Shown here: piece after piece, positions 17,174 to 26,150 of the stretch
Layout of the letters: every line of letters starts with the position of its first letter
How positions within the stretch are numbered: the first letter of the stretch is position 1
Notes under the pieces: model-generated
The model's input: only the letters and a program-made list of their open reading frames with translations
Told to the model about the DNA's origin: nothing
Databases searched by the model: none
Made by a program: the position numbers and the translations under genes
Virus record (IMG/VR): IMGVR_UViG_3300047321_000445
Location: 33,311 to 97,310 of that record
DNA: 64,000 bases
Direction: 5' to 3' (one strand)
Source: a virus

Positions 17174-17551
17174 TCAGGGCTGCACGTGCAAGCCCGGTCC
17201 CATCGCCGAGAGCCGCACCCATCCCCGGGCCTTCTCCTCGTAGATGTCGACCAGGCCCGCGAACGCAGGCTTCGTGCGCCGCAGCTCGGCAGCCCATCCG
17301 GCCGTCAGCTCCCGGCCGTCGACCAGGACCTGCCCGTCCAGGCCGATCGCCGTGGAGAGGACCCCGCCACCCTTCGGCAGCTTGTGATAGCTGACGTCGT
17401 TGCCGTCCTCCATCAGCCCGGCGCGCACGGCCTCATCCCACGCCGGCTTCAGCCGCTCCAGCTCACTGACCGGGCCGAAGCTGTCCGGCGCCTCCGACCG
17501 CTTGCGCTTGTCGCGTCGCTGCTGCTTGGCGCGCTTCGCGTCACGTCCCAT
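17174..17551 (-). CDS. Hypothetical protein
   Basis: AAGGAG RBS before ATG 17551. Confidence 0.7.
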   Translation of the reverse strand: MGRDAKRAKQQRRDKRKRSEAPDSFGPVSELERLKPAWDEAVRAGLMEDGNDVSYHKLPKGGGVLSTAIGLDGQVLVDGRELTAGWAAELRRTKPAFAGLVDIYEEKARGWVRLSAMGPGLHVQP

Positions 17552-17576
17552 CAGAACTCCTTTGTCCGGGGGAAAT

Positions 17577-18542
17577 CTACTGGTTGTTCCGGGGACGGCA
17601 GTCACGACACCGGCCCGGCGCCGCCGCCCGAAACGCCCGCTCGCAGCCGTCACACGTCTGCAACGGCAACACCGGCGCGCGCTCCGTCTTAGGCACGCAC
17701 GCGGCGGGAGCAGCAGGCAGGAAGTCCGGATGCAGCCGGTGCAGGTATACCGCCGCGAGTGACCGCGCAGTGCTCGTTTCCGCCGTCAGCTGCTGCTGCA
17801 GCGACGTCTCGGACCACCCGGCAGCGAGCGCATCAGCCGCCAGTCCGACCAGCACAGCCCGCTGCTTGCGGCCCGGTCGACGGCCCGCGTACGGCAGTGC
17901 GTCCACGAACACCGCAGCGGGCGTTTCGTGCTGTGGCGTAGCGCCGCCCCCTCCGCCTCCTCCCTGGACGTCAGCGGCCGCGGGCTGCGGCTGCTCACCA
18001 GGGGGAAGGGGGGAGGTAGGGATCACTTCGGGATCTATAAGGGATTGAGCGTCAACCTGGGGCGGGGTCGGCGTCACATTGACTCCGGGTCGGCTCCAAT
18101 TTGACTCGGGGTAGGCGTCATTCTGATGTATCAGCAGGTCAGAGGGCTCCGGGGCGTCCGGGGTGCCAGCCAGCGAGCCGGCCGGGTCGCCCTGGCTGTC
18201 GTCCTCGAAGGTGATGGCTTCGATCAGGTTGTCCCGGTACTGCCGCGGCTCCTGCCGCATGGTCGCCAGTAGCGGCAGGTTCACCCGGGTCAGGTTCGAA
18301 ATCGGCTCGCCCGTCCTCGGGTTCACCCGGCGCACTGACTTGACCAGACCGCGCGTGGCCAGCTTGCGCTTCACCCGCTGCACCGTGCTGCGGGACGTGC
18401 CGCAGTCGGCCGCGAGCCGGGCCTCACTCGGCCAGCAGTAGCCGTGCATGTCGGTGTAGTTCGTCAGCGCGAGCAGCAGCAGCTTTTCACTGCCGTCCAA
18501 GCCGTCGGCCTCGAACACGAGGCTCATGTGGGCAACGCTCAC
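17577..18542 (-). CDS. Phage/plasmid replication initiator-like protein (N-terminal HTH_36)
   Basis: EKLLLLALTNY...CWPSEARLAADCGTSRSTVQR; C-terminal CDGC..CRDC; internal iterons. Confidence 0.8.
   Translation of the reverse strand: MSVAHMSLVFEADGLDGSEKLLLLALTNYTDMHGYCWPSEARLAADCGTSRSTVQRVKRKLATRGLVKSVRRVNPRTGEPISNLTRVNLPLLATMRQEPRQYRDNLIEAITFEDDSQGDPAGSLAGTPDAPEPSDLLIHQNDAYPESNWSRPGVNVTPTPPQVDAQSLIDPEVIPTSPLPPGEQPQPAAADVQGGGGGGGATPQHETPAAVFVDALPYAGRRPGRKQRAVLVGLAADALAAGWSETSLQQQLTAETSTARSLAAVYLHRLHPDFLPAAPAACVPKTERAPVLPLQTCDGCERAFRAAAPGRCRDCRPRNNQ
18042..18129. repeat. Four tandem 22-bp iterons (putative origin)
   Basis: ggattgagcgtcaacctggggc / ggggtcggcgtcacattgactc / cgggtcggctccaatttgactc / ggggtaggcgtcattctgatgt. 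Confidence 0.65.
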
Positions 18543-18738
18543 CGCGCAGTCCTCACAGCGCAGTTCGCACGCCGGGCGTGCTTGTGTACCATCGCTGGTG
18601 CCTTTCACGTGCGGCGGGTTGCGCCCCGCCGTGATGGTTCTTCGAGCGGCCACCGGATCCGACCCCGGTGGCCGCTCTTGTTTTTGGCCGACGCTCGCAA
18701 GCTCCTGACCAGCGCTGATCATGCCGCCCCTTGCATTG

Positions 18739-18759
18739 TTGTGCAAGTGTCTTGTACAA
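18739..18759. promoter_or_regulatory. TTGTACAA-type operator pair upstream of rep
   Basis: TTGTGCAA 18739 and TTGTACAA 18752; the same palindrome recurs at 19183 and 19205. Confidence 0.6.
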
Positions 18760-18883
18760 CCTACCCAGAGCGACAACCCCCGAAGTGGAGAGGAGGTAAC
18801 CCGTGAATGTCGCCTCCCTCTTGGTAGACGGCTACACACCGCTACCGTTGTCACATTCGGATGGACAACACGGAGGATGCGCA

Positions 18884-19141
18884 GTGGCCGACGAGACCGA
18901 CCCGCTTCTCAACATGGATGAGGTCGCGGCTCTCATCGGCGTGCGTCCCATGACCATGCGCACGTACCACAACCGTGCGAAGAGGGCGCGAGACGACGGC
19001 TACGCCACCGAGGCGCACCTGCCCGAGCCTGACCGCATGTGGGGCCGTACCCCGAGCTGGCGCCGCTCCACGATCGAGCGGTGGCGGTTGGCGCGCGCCA
19101 ACCGGCCCAACGTGATTGACGTCCCGCCAGCCGAGGACTGA
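18884..19141 (+). CDS. AlpA/MerR-like HTH regulator
   Basis: LLNMDEVAALIGVRPMTMRTY...LPEPDRMWGRTPSWRRSTIERW; GGAGG RBS. Confidence 0.85.
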   Translation: MADETDPLLNMDEVAALIGVRPMTMRTYHNRAKRARDDGYATEAHLPEPDRMWGRTPSWRRSTIERWRLARANRPNVIDVPPAED

Positions 19142-19161
19142 TCTCCCGAGCAACAGATGAC

Positions 19162-19212
19162 TTGACCTAGGACACCGCAGGGTTGTACAAGTGTATTGAA
19201 CAGGTTGTACAA
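19162..19212 (+). promoter_or_regulatory. Promoter region with a GntR box (19163-74) and two TTGTACAA palindromes
   Basis: TTGACC overlapping TGACCTAGGACA; GGTTGTACAAGT twice. Confidence 0.7.
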
Positions 19213-19249
19213 GTCTCTTGAACAACCCTCCCGGAAGGAGCGGTGCGCG

Positions 19250-19480
19250 ATGACCACCAAGCACACGCACCAGGTCGTGTTCGGTCGCCGGGTCGACGGG
19301 TGCCCGCGCTGCGCGGAGCTCGCAGCGGGCGCCGAGCCGGTCCGCTGGAGGGGCTGGACGCGCGAGCGTGAGCTCACCGGTGGCTACCCGACCAGCCGTG
19401 AGATTGACGCCCACTTCGCCCCGGGTGGACCGCACACCCGAGGCGACTGCGGCCCCGTCTGCACGTTCGGGGACTGGTGA
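19250..19480 (+). CDS. Small Cys/His-rich hypothetical protein
   Basis: AAGGAG RBS; CPRC...CGPVCTFGDW. Confidence 0.75.
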   Translation: MTTKHTHQVVFGRRVDGCPRCAELAAGAEPVRWRGWTRERELTGGYPTSREIDAHFAPGGPHTRGDCGPVCTFGDW

Positions 19481-19543
19481 CCGCAATCGGCGGCAGTCCG
19501 CGCCGAGTTCGGATGGATCAGTTCCGGAAACGTCTTCCCATCG

Positions 19544-19577
19544 TGTCCTAGGACAAGATACGTTCCGTCCTAGGACA
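19544..19577. promoter_or_regulatory. Two GntR operators upstream of the spd/tra operon
   Basis: TGTCCTAGGACA 19544-55; CGTCCTAGGACA 19566-77. Confidence 0.85.
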
Positions 19578-19618
19578 TGCGTTCCCCTCTCGCACGTCTC
19601 CTCGAAAGGACCCCTCAC

Positions 19619-21205
19619 GTGACCGCCGCAGTCTCGGCCCGTCTGCTGAGCACCGCCACGGCCGCTCCCGTTCCGGGACCGCCGACCGCCGTTCCGGGCA
19701 CGGCGGCTGCCACTTCGGTTCCGTCCCGCTCGGTTCCCGACGCGGTCTCCGTCGTTCCGGACACGGCGCCTGCCGTTCCCGACGCGGCCCCCGCCGTTCC
19801 GGGCGCGGCCTCCGAGCGTTCCGGACGCGCCCTGTCCGCCGTCGCCATCGTCGGCGGTGCCATCCTCGCCGGGATCGGTTTCACCGGCTCCTACAACGCG
19901 TTGAGGGACCTGGCTTTCAAGCACGGCTTGGGCACCTTCTCCTACGCCTTCCCGGTCGGTATCGACGCCGGGATCGTGGTCCTGTACGTGCTGGACCTGT
20001 ACCTGATCCGTCGTCGCTCTCCGTGGCCGCTGCTGCGGTCGCTGGCCCACCTGCTGACCGTCGCCACCATCGTCTTCAACGCGGCCTCAGCTGACGGGCC
20101 GGCCAGTGCCGACCCGATCGGCACCGCGATGCACGCGGTCATCCCCGTCATGTTCGTCGCCTCCGTGGAGGCCGCCCGCAGGCTCGTCGTGCGGGTGTCT
20201 GACTTTGAGGACGGCCGTGACAGTCAGGGCATCCCGCTGACCCGCTGGGCGCTCTCCCCGGCCCCCACGTACGCCCTGTGGCGCCGCATGAAGCTGTGGG
20301 ACAAGCAGTCCTACCAGGAGGTTGTGGCGCTGGAGCAGGAGCGCACCGTGTACAAGGCCATGCTCCAGCGCCGGTACGGCAGGCGCTGGAAGAGGCGCGC
20401 CCCGAAGGACGAAATGCTGCCCCTGACTATGGCCCGCTACGGCCTGACAGTTGACGAAGCCCTCGCCCTGCCCCGGCAGGCGCTGGAAGCCGAGCAGCTG
20501 CGCAAGGAGCAGAACGAGGCCCTGGAGCTGGAGGCGCAGCAGCGCGCCGAGGAGCGCGCCGCCGCAGCCCGCATCCACAGCATCAACACGCAAGGTGACG
20601 TCGAGGCGGCCACGCACGCGACCGCGGCGAGGGTCGACGCGGCGAAGTCGGCCGCGAACGCGACCCGCACAGAGGCCGAGCTCGCCGCCGAGACGCAGTC
20701 CCGCATCGCCCAGGAGACCGCGCAGGCGGTCGAGTCGGCGGAGGCCGCCGAAGCTCGACGGCGCGCAGCCGAAGCCGAGCGGGCCGCAGCCGAAGCGCGA
20801 GCCGTCGCAGCCGAAACGAACCAGGCCGCTGCCGGAATGGAAGAGGCCGCGTCCGAAGCGCGCGCCCGTGCCGCCGAGAACGCCCGGCGCGAGGCCGTAG
20901 CACGGGCGGAACTTGAGACCGCTGAGCGGACCGCAGCCGAAGCCAGGCAGCGTGCAGCCGAAGCCAGGGAGCGTGCGGCCGGAATCGAACTCCGTGCAAC
21001 CGAAGCGGAGGATGCCGCCCGCCTCACGCCCCGGGAACGGACCGTCCGCAAGGTCGCCCGCATGGCACTGGTCGAGCACGACGGCCGCCTCACACAGCTC
21101 CCGCTCGAAGCCATCACCGAAGCGTTCGGGGTGTCTTCCACGACCGCCTCGGAGTACCGCAAGGAAGCCGGCGCGCTGATCGCCGACGGATACCGGATCC
21201 ACTGA
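19619..21205 (+). CDS. DUF2637 / SpdB-like plasmid-spreading membrane protein
   Basis: IGFTGSYNALRDLA, FPVGIDAGI, ATIVFNA, RWALSP...LWRRMKLW; four hydrophobic segments, coiled coil, C-terminal HTH. Confidence 0.85.
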   Translation: MTAAVSARLLSTATAAPVPGPPTAVPGTAAATSVPSRSVPDAVSVVPDTAPAVPDAAPAVPGAASERSGRALSAVAIVGGAILAGIGFTGSYNALRDLAFKHGLGTFSYAFPVGIDAGIVVLYVLDLYLIRRRSPWPLLRSLAHLLTVATIVFNAASADGPASADPIGTAMHAVIPVMFVASVEAARRLVVRVSDFEDGRDSQGIPLTRWALSPAPTYALWRRMKLWDKQSYQEVVALEQERTVYKAMLQRRYGRRWKRRAPKDEMLPLTMARYGLTVDEALALPRQALEAEQLRKEQNEALELEAQQRAEERAAAARIHSINTQGDVEAATHATAARVDAAKSAANATRTEAELAAETQSRIAQETAQAVESAEAAEARRRAAEAERAAAEARAVAAETNQAAAGMEEAASEARARAAENARREAVARAELETAERTAAEARQRAAEARERAAGIELRATEAEDAARLTPRERTVRKVARMALVEHDGRLTQLPLEAITEAFGVSSTTASEYRKEAGALIADGYRIH

Positions 21206-21223
21206 CCAGAGAAGGGACCAGCC

Positions 21224-21499
21224 GTGTACGGCTCCCGTCGCTCCACCCTCATTGAGGCCGCGGCTGCCATCGGCCAGCGTGTCGTCGCCGCCGCCCGCCT
21301 GTTCTTCAACCTCGCGACCAGCTTCTCCGACTGGTCCCCGACCGGCTTGTACGCGGCGGCCGCCACCGCCCGCTACATGGCCGCGCACCAGCTGATCGAC
21401 CAGGCAGAACGCCAGGTCGACGGCGACCCCGACGTCACCTTGGACCAGGTCCGCCAGCCGCTGTGGTTCGGCGCTACGACGCTTCACGAGGAGCAGTGA
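21224..21499 (+). CDS. Hypothetical protein (transfer operon)
   Basis: AAGGGA RBS; coupled to the next gene. Confidence 0.65.
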   Translation: MYGSRRSTLIEAAAAIGQRVVAAARLFFNLATSFSDWSPTGLYAAAATARYMAAHQLIDQAERQVDGDPDVTLDQVRQPLWFGATTLHEEQ

Positions 21500-22164
21500 T
21501 GACGACTCCCACCGGTTCCGGTGCCCGGACGACCCCGTACGACTGGAAAGACGACGCTGGCTCTGGGTGGGCCGGGAGCGACCCGAACGCGACGCGGCCG
21601 ACGCGACAGGCCCCGCCCCGGCCCCGTCCCGAGGCGAACGGCGGGGCCACGGCCGGCCCGCGCGTGTCCAAGGAGCGCAACATCCACGTGCACATCGGCG
21701 AGGGTGGCGACGGCAAGGACGGCGGCAAGGGCGGCGGCAAGGGTGGTAACGGTGCAGGTCAGGCCGCTTCCGGCGCGCCCGGCAACCACCAGGGCGACGG
21801 CATGATCGCGACTATCGAGCGCATCGAGTTCAAGTCGGAGAAAGACATCCTGGCCCTGGCCAAGGCCGTCAACCGGCTGGGCCGCGAGCTGCACTTCATC
21901 CTCGGCATGCGCGCCGAGGAGATCCAGGCCGTCCTGTCCACCTACAAGGGCAAGTGGTACACGTTCGGCGCCTCTTCGAGGGTCAAGGCCCGCCTGGTCG
22001 CCATGCACCTCAAGGTCAGCGCGGAGGCCGCGAAGGCCCTCGGTGTCGGCGCCCTGAAGATGGCGTACGCCTTTGACCGGCACTTCGTGAAGCCCGAGCA
22101 GGAAGCCAAGAAGCGGCGCAACGGCCAGAAGGCCCGCCGCGAGTTCACGATCGGAGAGGAGTAG
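21499..22164 (+). CDS. Putative plasmid transfer protein (TraA-like)
   Basis: TGATG overlap; Gly-rich N-terminus; directly upstream of traB. Confidence 0.6.
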   Translation: MTTPTGSGARTTPYDWKDDAGSGWAGSDPNATRPTRQAPPRPRPEANGGATAGPRVSKERNIHVHIGEGGDGKDGGKGGGKGGNGAGQAASGAPGNHQGDGMIATIERIEFKSEKDILALAKAVNRLGRELHFILGMRAEEIQAVLSTYKGKWYTFGASSRVKARLVAMHLKVSAEAAKALGVGALKMAYAFDRHFVKPEQEAKKRRNGQKARREFTIGEE

Positions 22165-22169
22165 CGGCC

Positions 22170-24293
22170 ATGGCCCGCGTCACCAGCACCACCAACGGCA
22201 AGACCGAGCAGGTCAACACGGCGCAGGCCACGGACCTCGTGCCGGTCGGCAAGGGGGGTGTCGTCTCCCACCTGCTCGGCAAGGCACTGCCGTACGCCTC
22301 TCCGTGGCTCGGCGCCGGTGCACTCCCGCCGCTCGCCGGGCTCGCCACGAACACCATGTGGGGCGACACCGCCGTCCACGCCGGGTTCGCCTCCGCAGGG
22401 CTCGGGATCGGCGGAGCCGTCCTCTCCGCTGTGACCTGGCAGGTTGCCGGGGGGAACAACAAGTTCCGTCGCTTCCGGCGCGCCCAGGCCACCGCGAGCG
22501 TGGCGGCGGGGATGGGCTGGCTGACGGCCGCGACCTCGGCCGGCCCGTTCGGCCACCCCATGATCGACCTGTGGCTGATGGGGGGCGGCCTGTTCGCCGC
22601 CTCCTGGAACATCCGGTCGGTCATGCGGAACGCCCACGACGAGACTGAGCAGGTCGAGGGCAAGAGCGGACTGGGCAAGATCGCTGAGGCGATCGGGCTG
22701 GAGAAGGTGAAGGTCAGGGACGCCAAGGGCAACGGCAAGGGCATGGTGAAGGCGGCCATCGAGGTCGCTCCCGGGGCGACCCTGGACGACGTGCAGGCGG
22801 CTCTCCCGAAGCTGACCGCGGCCCTGCACGTCCCCGGCTCCGGTGCCACCGTCACCAAGGACCTGGAAAACGCTGGTGAGGGCGTCATCAACCTGCGTGT
22901 CGCAGACCTGCTGAAGGACGGAGTCGAGTTCATACCGCCCATCCGGCTGGGCATGCTGCCGAACGAACCGCTGCCGCTCGGCCTGTACGCGGACGGCGAA
23001 GAGTTCATCATCAACCCGTTCGACGCCGAGATCCTCCAGCACCTGCTGGTCATGGGCGTCACCGGCGCAGGCAAGAGCGAGTTCGCCCGCGGCCTGCTCG
23101 CCCACCTGATGACCCGCCGCAAGATGACCGTGATGGTCGTCGACACCGCCAAGGGCCGTCAGTCCATGGGGCACATTGCCCACGGGGTGGACTGGTTCGT
23201 CACCACCACCCGCGAGGCAAAGCACCTGCTCAAGGCCCTGCCCGGGGCCATCCAGGCACGCGGCGACGTCCTCGCGGAAGAGGGCCTGGACCAGTGGACA
23301 CCCAAGTCCAGGCTGAACGCCATGGTGGTCTGGGTCGAAGAGGCCGCCGACCTCGCCGACTTCGCCGAGCTGGACGAGATCGCCCGCAAGGCGCGCTCGG
23401 TCGGCATCTGGCTGGTGATCTCGCTCCAGCGCGCGACCTGGACGAACGTGTCCACCGACGTCCGCGCCAACCTCCAGGCGTCCGCGTGCTTCGGCGTGGA
23501 CACCGCAGGGGACGCCGGATTCGGCCTGCCCGCCCGCGTGACCGACGCAGGCGCCATCCCGGACTGGGGCGCCACCCGACCCGGCTACGCCTTCGCCACC
23601 GGCATGGGAATCCCCGATAACCGCTGGACGATGGAGTGGCGCTCGGGCCTGACCGACCGGGAGTTCCTGTCCGCGCTGGTCACGGCCGCAACACCGTTCC
23701 GTGACCCGCTGGACGACACGACCGCGAAGGCCCTGGGTTTGGCGTACGCGCAGCGCACCCGCCCGGGCACGAACCGGATGAACATGCAGGCCAGCGAGGC
23801 GCAGGAGGCCAGCTCCGCTCAGCAGCTGCTGGCCGCCGCGCACGTGCTGGGCGAGGCACTGGAGGACGCCGGAGTGGACCTGAACAGTCTGCCCACGGGC
23901 AGCGACGACGAGCGCATCGAGGTGGAGATGGAGGACGCATACGCCGAGGTCATGGGCATGATCCCGGACGATCCGGAGCCGGGCGCGCCGTACGCGAACC
24001 TGGATCTGGACGACGACATGCCCGAAGACACCGACACCGGGATGGAGTTCGCGGAGCCCGAGAAGCTTCCGCCTGCGGACGCCCGGCGCCTGCTGCACGA
24101 GCAGCTGCACGAGTGGGCGCAGCGGGACCGGCTCACGTTCCAGCCTGCGGACCTGGCCCCGGTCACGGTCGCAGCCGGCCGGAAGCGGCCGTGGCTCCAG
24201 GGCGAGTTGAAGCGGCTGGTGGAGGCGGGTGTGCTGCGGCACGACTCGCACGGCGAGTACGACATCGTCCAGTCGCCGCTTGTGCCCGCATAG
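22170..24293 (+). CDS. traB: FtsK/SpoIIIE-like conjugative DNA translocase TraB
   Basis: N-terminal TM segments, Walker A GVTGAGKS, VWVEEA, ARKARSVGIWLVISLQRA, C-terminal winged helix. Confidence 0.92.
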   Translation: MARVTSTTNGKTEQVNTAQATDLVPVGKGGVVSHLLGKALPYASPWLGAGALPPLAGLATNTMWGDTAVHAGFASAGLGIGGAVLSAVTWQVAGGNNKFRRFRRAQATASVAAGMGWLTAATSAGPFGHPMIDLWLMGGGLFAASWNIRSVMRNAHDETEQVEGKSGLGKIAEAIGLEKVKVRDAKGNGKGMVKAAIEVAPGATLDDVQAALPKLTAALHVPGSGATVTKDLENAGEGVINLRVADLLKDGVEFIPPIRLGMLPNEPLPLGLYADGEEFIINPFDAEILQHLLVMGVTGAGKSEFARGLLAHLMTRRKMTVMVVDTAKGRQSMGHIAHGVDWFVTTTREAKHLLKALPGAIQARGDVLAEEGLDQWTPKSRLNAMVVWVEEAADLADFAELDEIARKARSVGIWLVISLQRATWTNVSTDVRANLQASACFGVDTAGDAGFGLPARVTDAGAIPDWGATRPGYAFATGMGIPDNRWTMEWRSGLTDREFLSALVTAATPFRDPLDDTTAKALGLAYAQRTRPGTNRMNMQASEAQEASSAQQLLAAAHVLGEALEDAGVDLNSLPTGSDDERIEVEMEDAYAEVMGMIPDDPEPGAPYANLDLDDDMPEDTDTGMEFAEPEKLPPADARRLLHEQLHEWAQRDRLTFQPADLAPVTVAAGRKRPWLQGELKRLVEAGVLRHDSHGEYDIVQSPLVPA

Positions 24294-24495
24294 CAGTAAC
24301 CCACCGTGATCACCTCACTGTCACGGTCCCGGCCTGACTTTGACTGTCAGGCCGGGAGGGGGCCCTAAGGAAAGTCACCTGACAACGGGCCTAAAAACGG
24401 CTCTGACAGCCCGTCTGACTGTCAAAACAGCCCTCCCCGGCACCCGCCTGACAGCCACCCGCTGTAACCGAACGCCTGAACAGGAGCTCCATCCC

Positions 24496-25020
24496 ATGAA
24501 CCGTCTGCCCGAGCCCGAGCTGCGGCAGCCCCCCGCCAAGCAGGCCGGGCAGCCTGACGTCGACCGCACGGTCGACCAGCTCGTGAACGCCGTCGACCAG
24601 GCCCTCCTGGCGCGAGCCCCGTACGTCGTTCCGACGTCCTTCCGCGACGAGACGAAGACGCCCAAGATCGGCAACGCGATGCCCGTGGCGCAGCCCGGCC
24701 GGCCGCCCATGAGCCAGCGGGCCGTCGACCTCAACACGACCATGCTCGCCGGGGGAGCCACCTTCACCATGGTCGGCGGAACGGTATCGGTCGTCATGTA
24801 CGTGTCCCAGTGGGCCGACCCGGCGGTCTGCGGCATCGTCTTCGGGTCGCTTGTGGCCCTGCCCCTCGCCCTGGGCCGCCTCATGAGACGCACCAAGGAG
24901 GTTGTGGAGGCCGCCCCGGCCACCCACAACCACTTCTACGAGGCGCCCGTCACGAACGTGACCGTGGAGAACCACACCAAGGGGATCATCGCCACGAACC
25001 GCAACGAGCTGCCCAAGTAG
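24496..25020 (+). CDS. Spd-like two-TM membrane protein
   Basis: AGGAG RBS; PVAQPGRPPMSQRA followed by two hydrophobic helices. Confidence 0.7.
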   Translation: MNRLPEPELRQPPAKQAGQPDVDRTVDQLVNAVDQALLARAPYVVPTSFRDETKTPKIGNAMPVAQPGRPPMSQRAVDLNTTMLAGGATFTMVGGTVSVVMYVSQWADPAVCGIVFGSLVALPLALGRLMRRTKEVVEAAPATHNHFYEAPVTNVTVENHTKGIIATNRNELPK

Positions 25021-25030
25021 CCTCCCGTCC

Positions 25031-25069
25031 ACGGCCCCGGCCCCGAACTCCCTCGGGTGCCGGGGCCGT
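25031..25069 (+). terminator. Terminator
   Basis: ACGGCCCCGG...CCGGGGCCGT stem. Confidence 0.6.
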
Positions 25070-25117
25070 TGACGTGTGTCACACTGCGCGGTGGCTAACA
25101 CACGTCCAGGGGGGACC

Positions 25118-25447
25118 ATGCGCCACATCACCACCGCGGCGGCCGCCGTCTGCGCGGCCGCCGTGCTCGCGCTCACCGGCTGCTCCAGCTCCGACACCAG
25201 CAAGCCCGCCAAGCCTTCGCCGGCTGCGTCCTCGAGCGCCCCGGCGAAGCCGAAGCTGTCGGCGGCCGAGCAGATCAAGGCGTGCACCGATGCGATCGCC
25301 GCAGGGCAGGACAAGGGGGACGGCGCACCGGAGTGCACGGACCTGTCGGCGGACGACTACATGAAGGCGCTCCAAGACGCGAACGAGCAAGGCCGGGGCG
25401 GGTTGCAGAAGCTCATCGATGAGGCGTCGAAGTCGGCGCAGCCGTGA
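25118..25447 (+). CDS. Lipoprotein
   Basis: Signal peptide with LTGC lipobox. Confidence 0.85.
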   Translation: MRHITTAAAAVCAAAVLALTGCSSSDTSKPAKPSPAASSSAPAKPKLSAAEQIKACTDAIAAGQDKGDGAPECTDLSADDYMKALQDANEQGRGGLQKLIDEASKSAQP

Positions 25448-25520
25448 TCTCGGTGGAACTCTGCTTGACAGAAAGATCGCACCGAGGCGACTATCTGCTT
25501 CGCTAGGTTCAATGCGCGTC

Positions 25521-25553
25521 AGGGTCACCCCTTCCACCCGGGGTGGCCCTTTT
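25521..25553 (+). terminator. Terminator/attenuator downstream of TTGACA (25465)
   Basis: AGGGTCACCC...GGGTGGCCCTTTT. Confidence 0.7.
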
Positions 25554-25572
25554 GCATGTCCCGGGAGCATCC

Positions 25573-25767
25573 ATGGCGTATACCCCCGTCCTCCTCGCCC
25601 CCGGCGATGTCGCCCACCTGATCCGGCGCCCTGTCGGCACGGTCACCCGCTGGGCGTCCGAGGGGCGGCTCACCTCCTACGACGGCATGTACGACTGGCT
25701 GGAGCTGCAAGACGTGGTCGCCGGACGCCTTCGCGTCCCGCCTGTCCGCCACGCTGCCGCGGCCTGA
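25573..25767 (+). CDS. Small MerR/BldC-like HTH protein
   Basis: LLAPGDVAHLIRRPVGTVTRWASEGRL. Confidence 0.75.
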   Translation: MAYTPVLLAPGDVAHLIRRPVGTVTRWASEGRLTSYDGMYDWLELQDVVAGRLRVPPVRHAAAA

Positions 25768-25789
25768 ACCGACACCTGGGAGGCGCCTG

Positions 25790-25972
25790 GTGGCTAACGC
25801 TGCCCCCAACCCCACACCCGCCCCCGTCACCCGTGATGTAGCCCTCCAGCACGCTGCCCGTCTGCTCCTGGCCGCCGAGATGCTGACCGACCAGGCGCTC
25901 ATGGCCCGGTACGAGTCGCTTGCGGACTCGTGGATCGTGATGGCCCACACCCTCGGCGGCGACAGCGAGTAG
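25790..25972 (+). CDS. Hypothetical protein
   Basis: GGGAGG RBS. Confidence 0.65.
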   Translation: MANAAPNPTPAPVTRDVALQHAARLLLAAEMLTDQALMARYESLADSWIVMAHTLGGDSE

Positions 25973-25987
25973 ACCGCCCCATAGACC

Positions 25988-26025
25988 GGCCCCCTTCGCC
26001 TAGTGCTCGGGCGAAGGGGGCCTTT
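25988..26025 (+). terminator. Terminator
   Basis: GGCCCCCTTCGCC...GGCGAAGGGGGCCTTT. Confidence 0.75.
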
Positions 26026-26150
26026 CCACGCCTGCCGTCGCGTATTGAGGGGTGCGCGACGGCAGGCCCCCTCTTGCCCGGTCCCGGCCGCCGACTCCAC
26101 GGCCGGGACCGGTGCCCTCCTTCTCCGACGACTTCACGGGAGGCCGCCTC

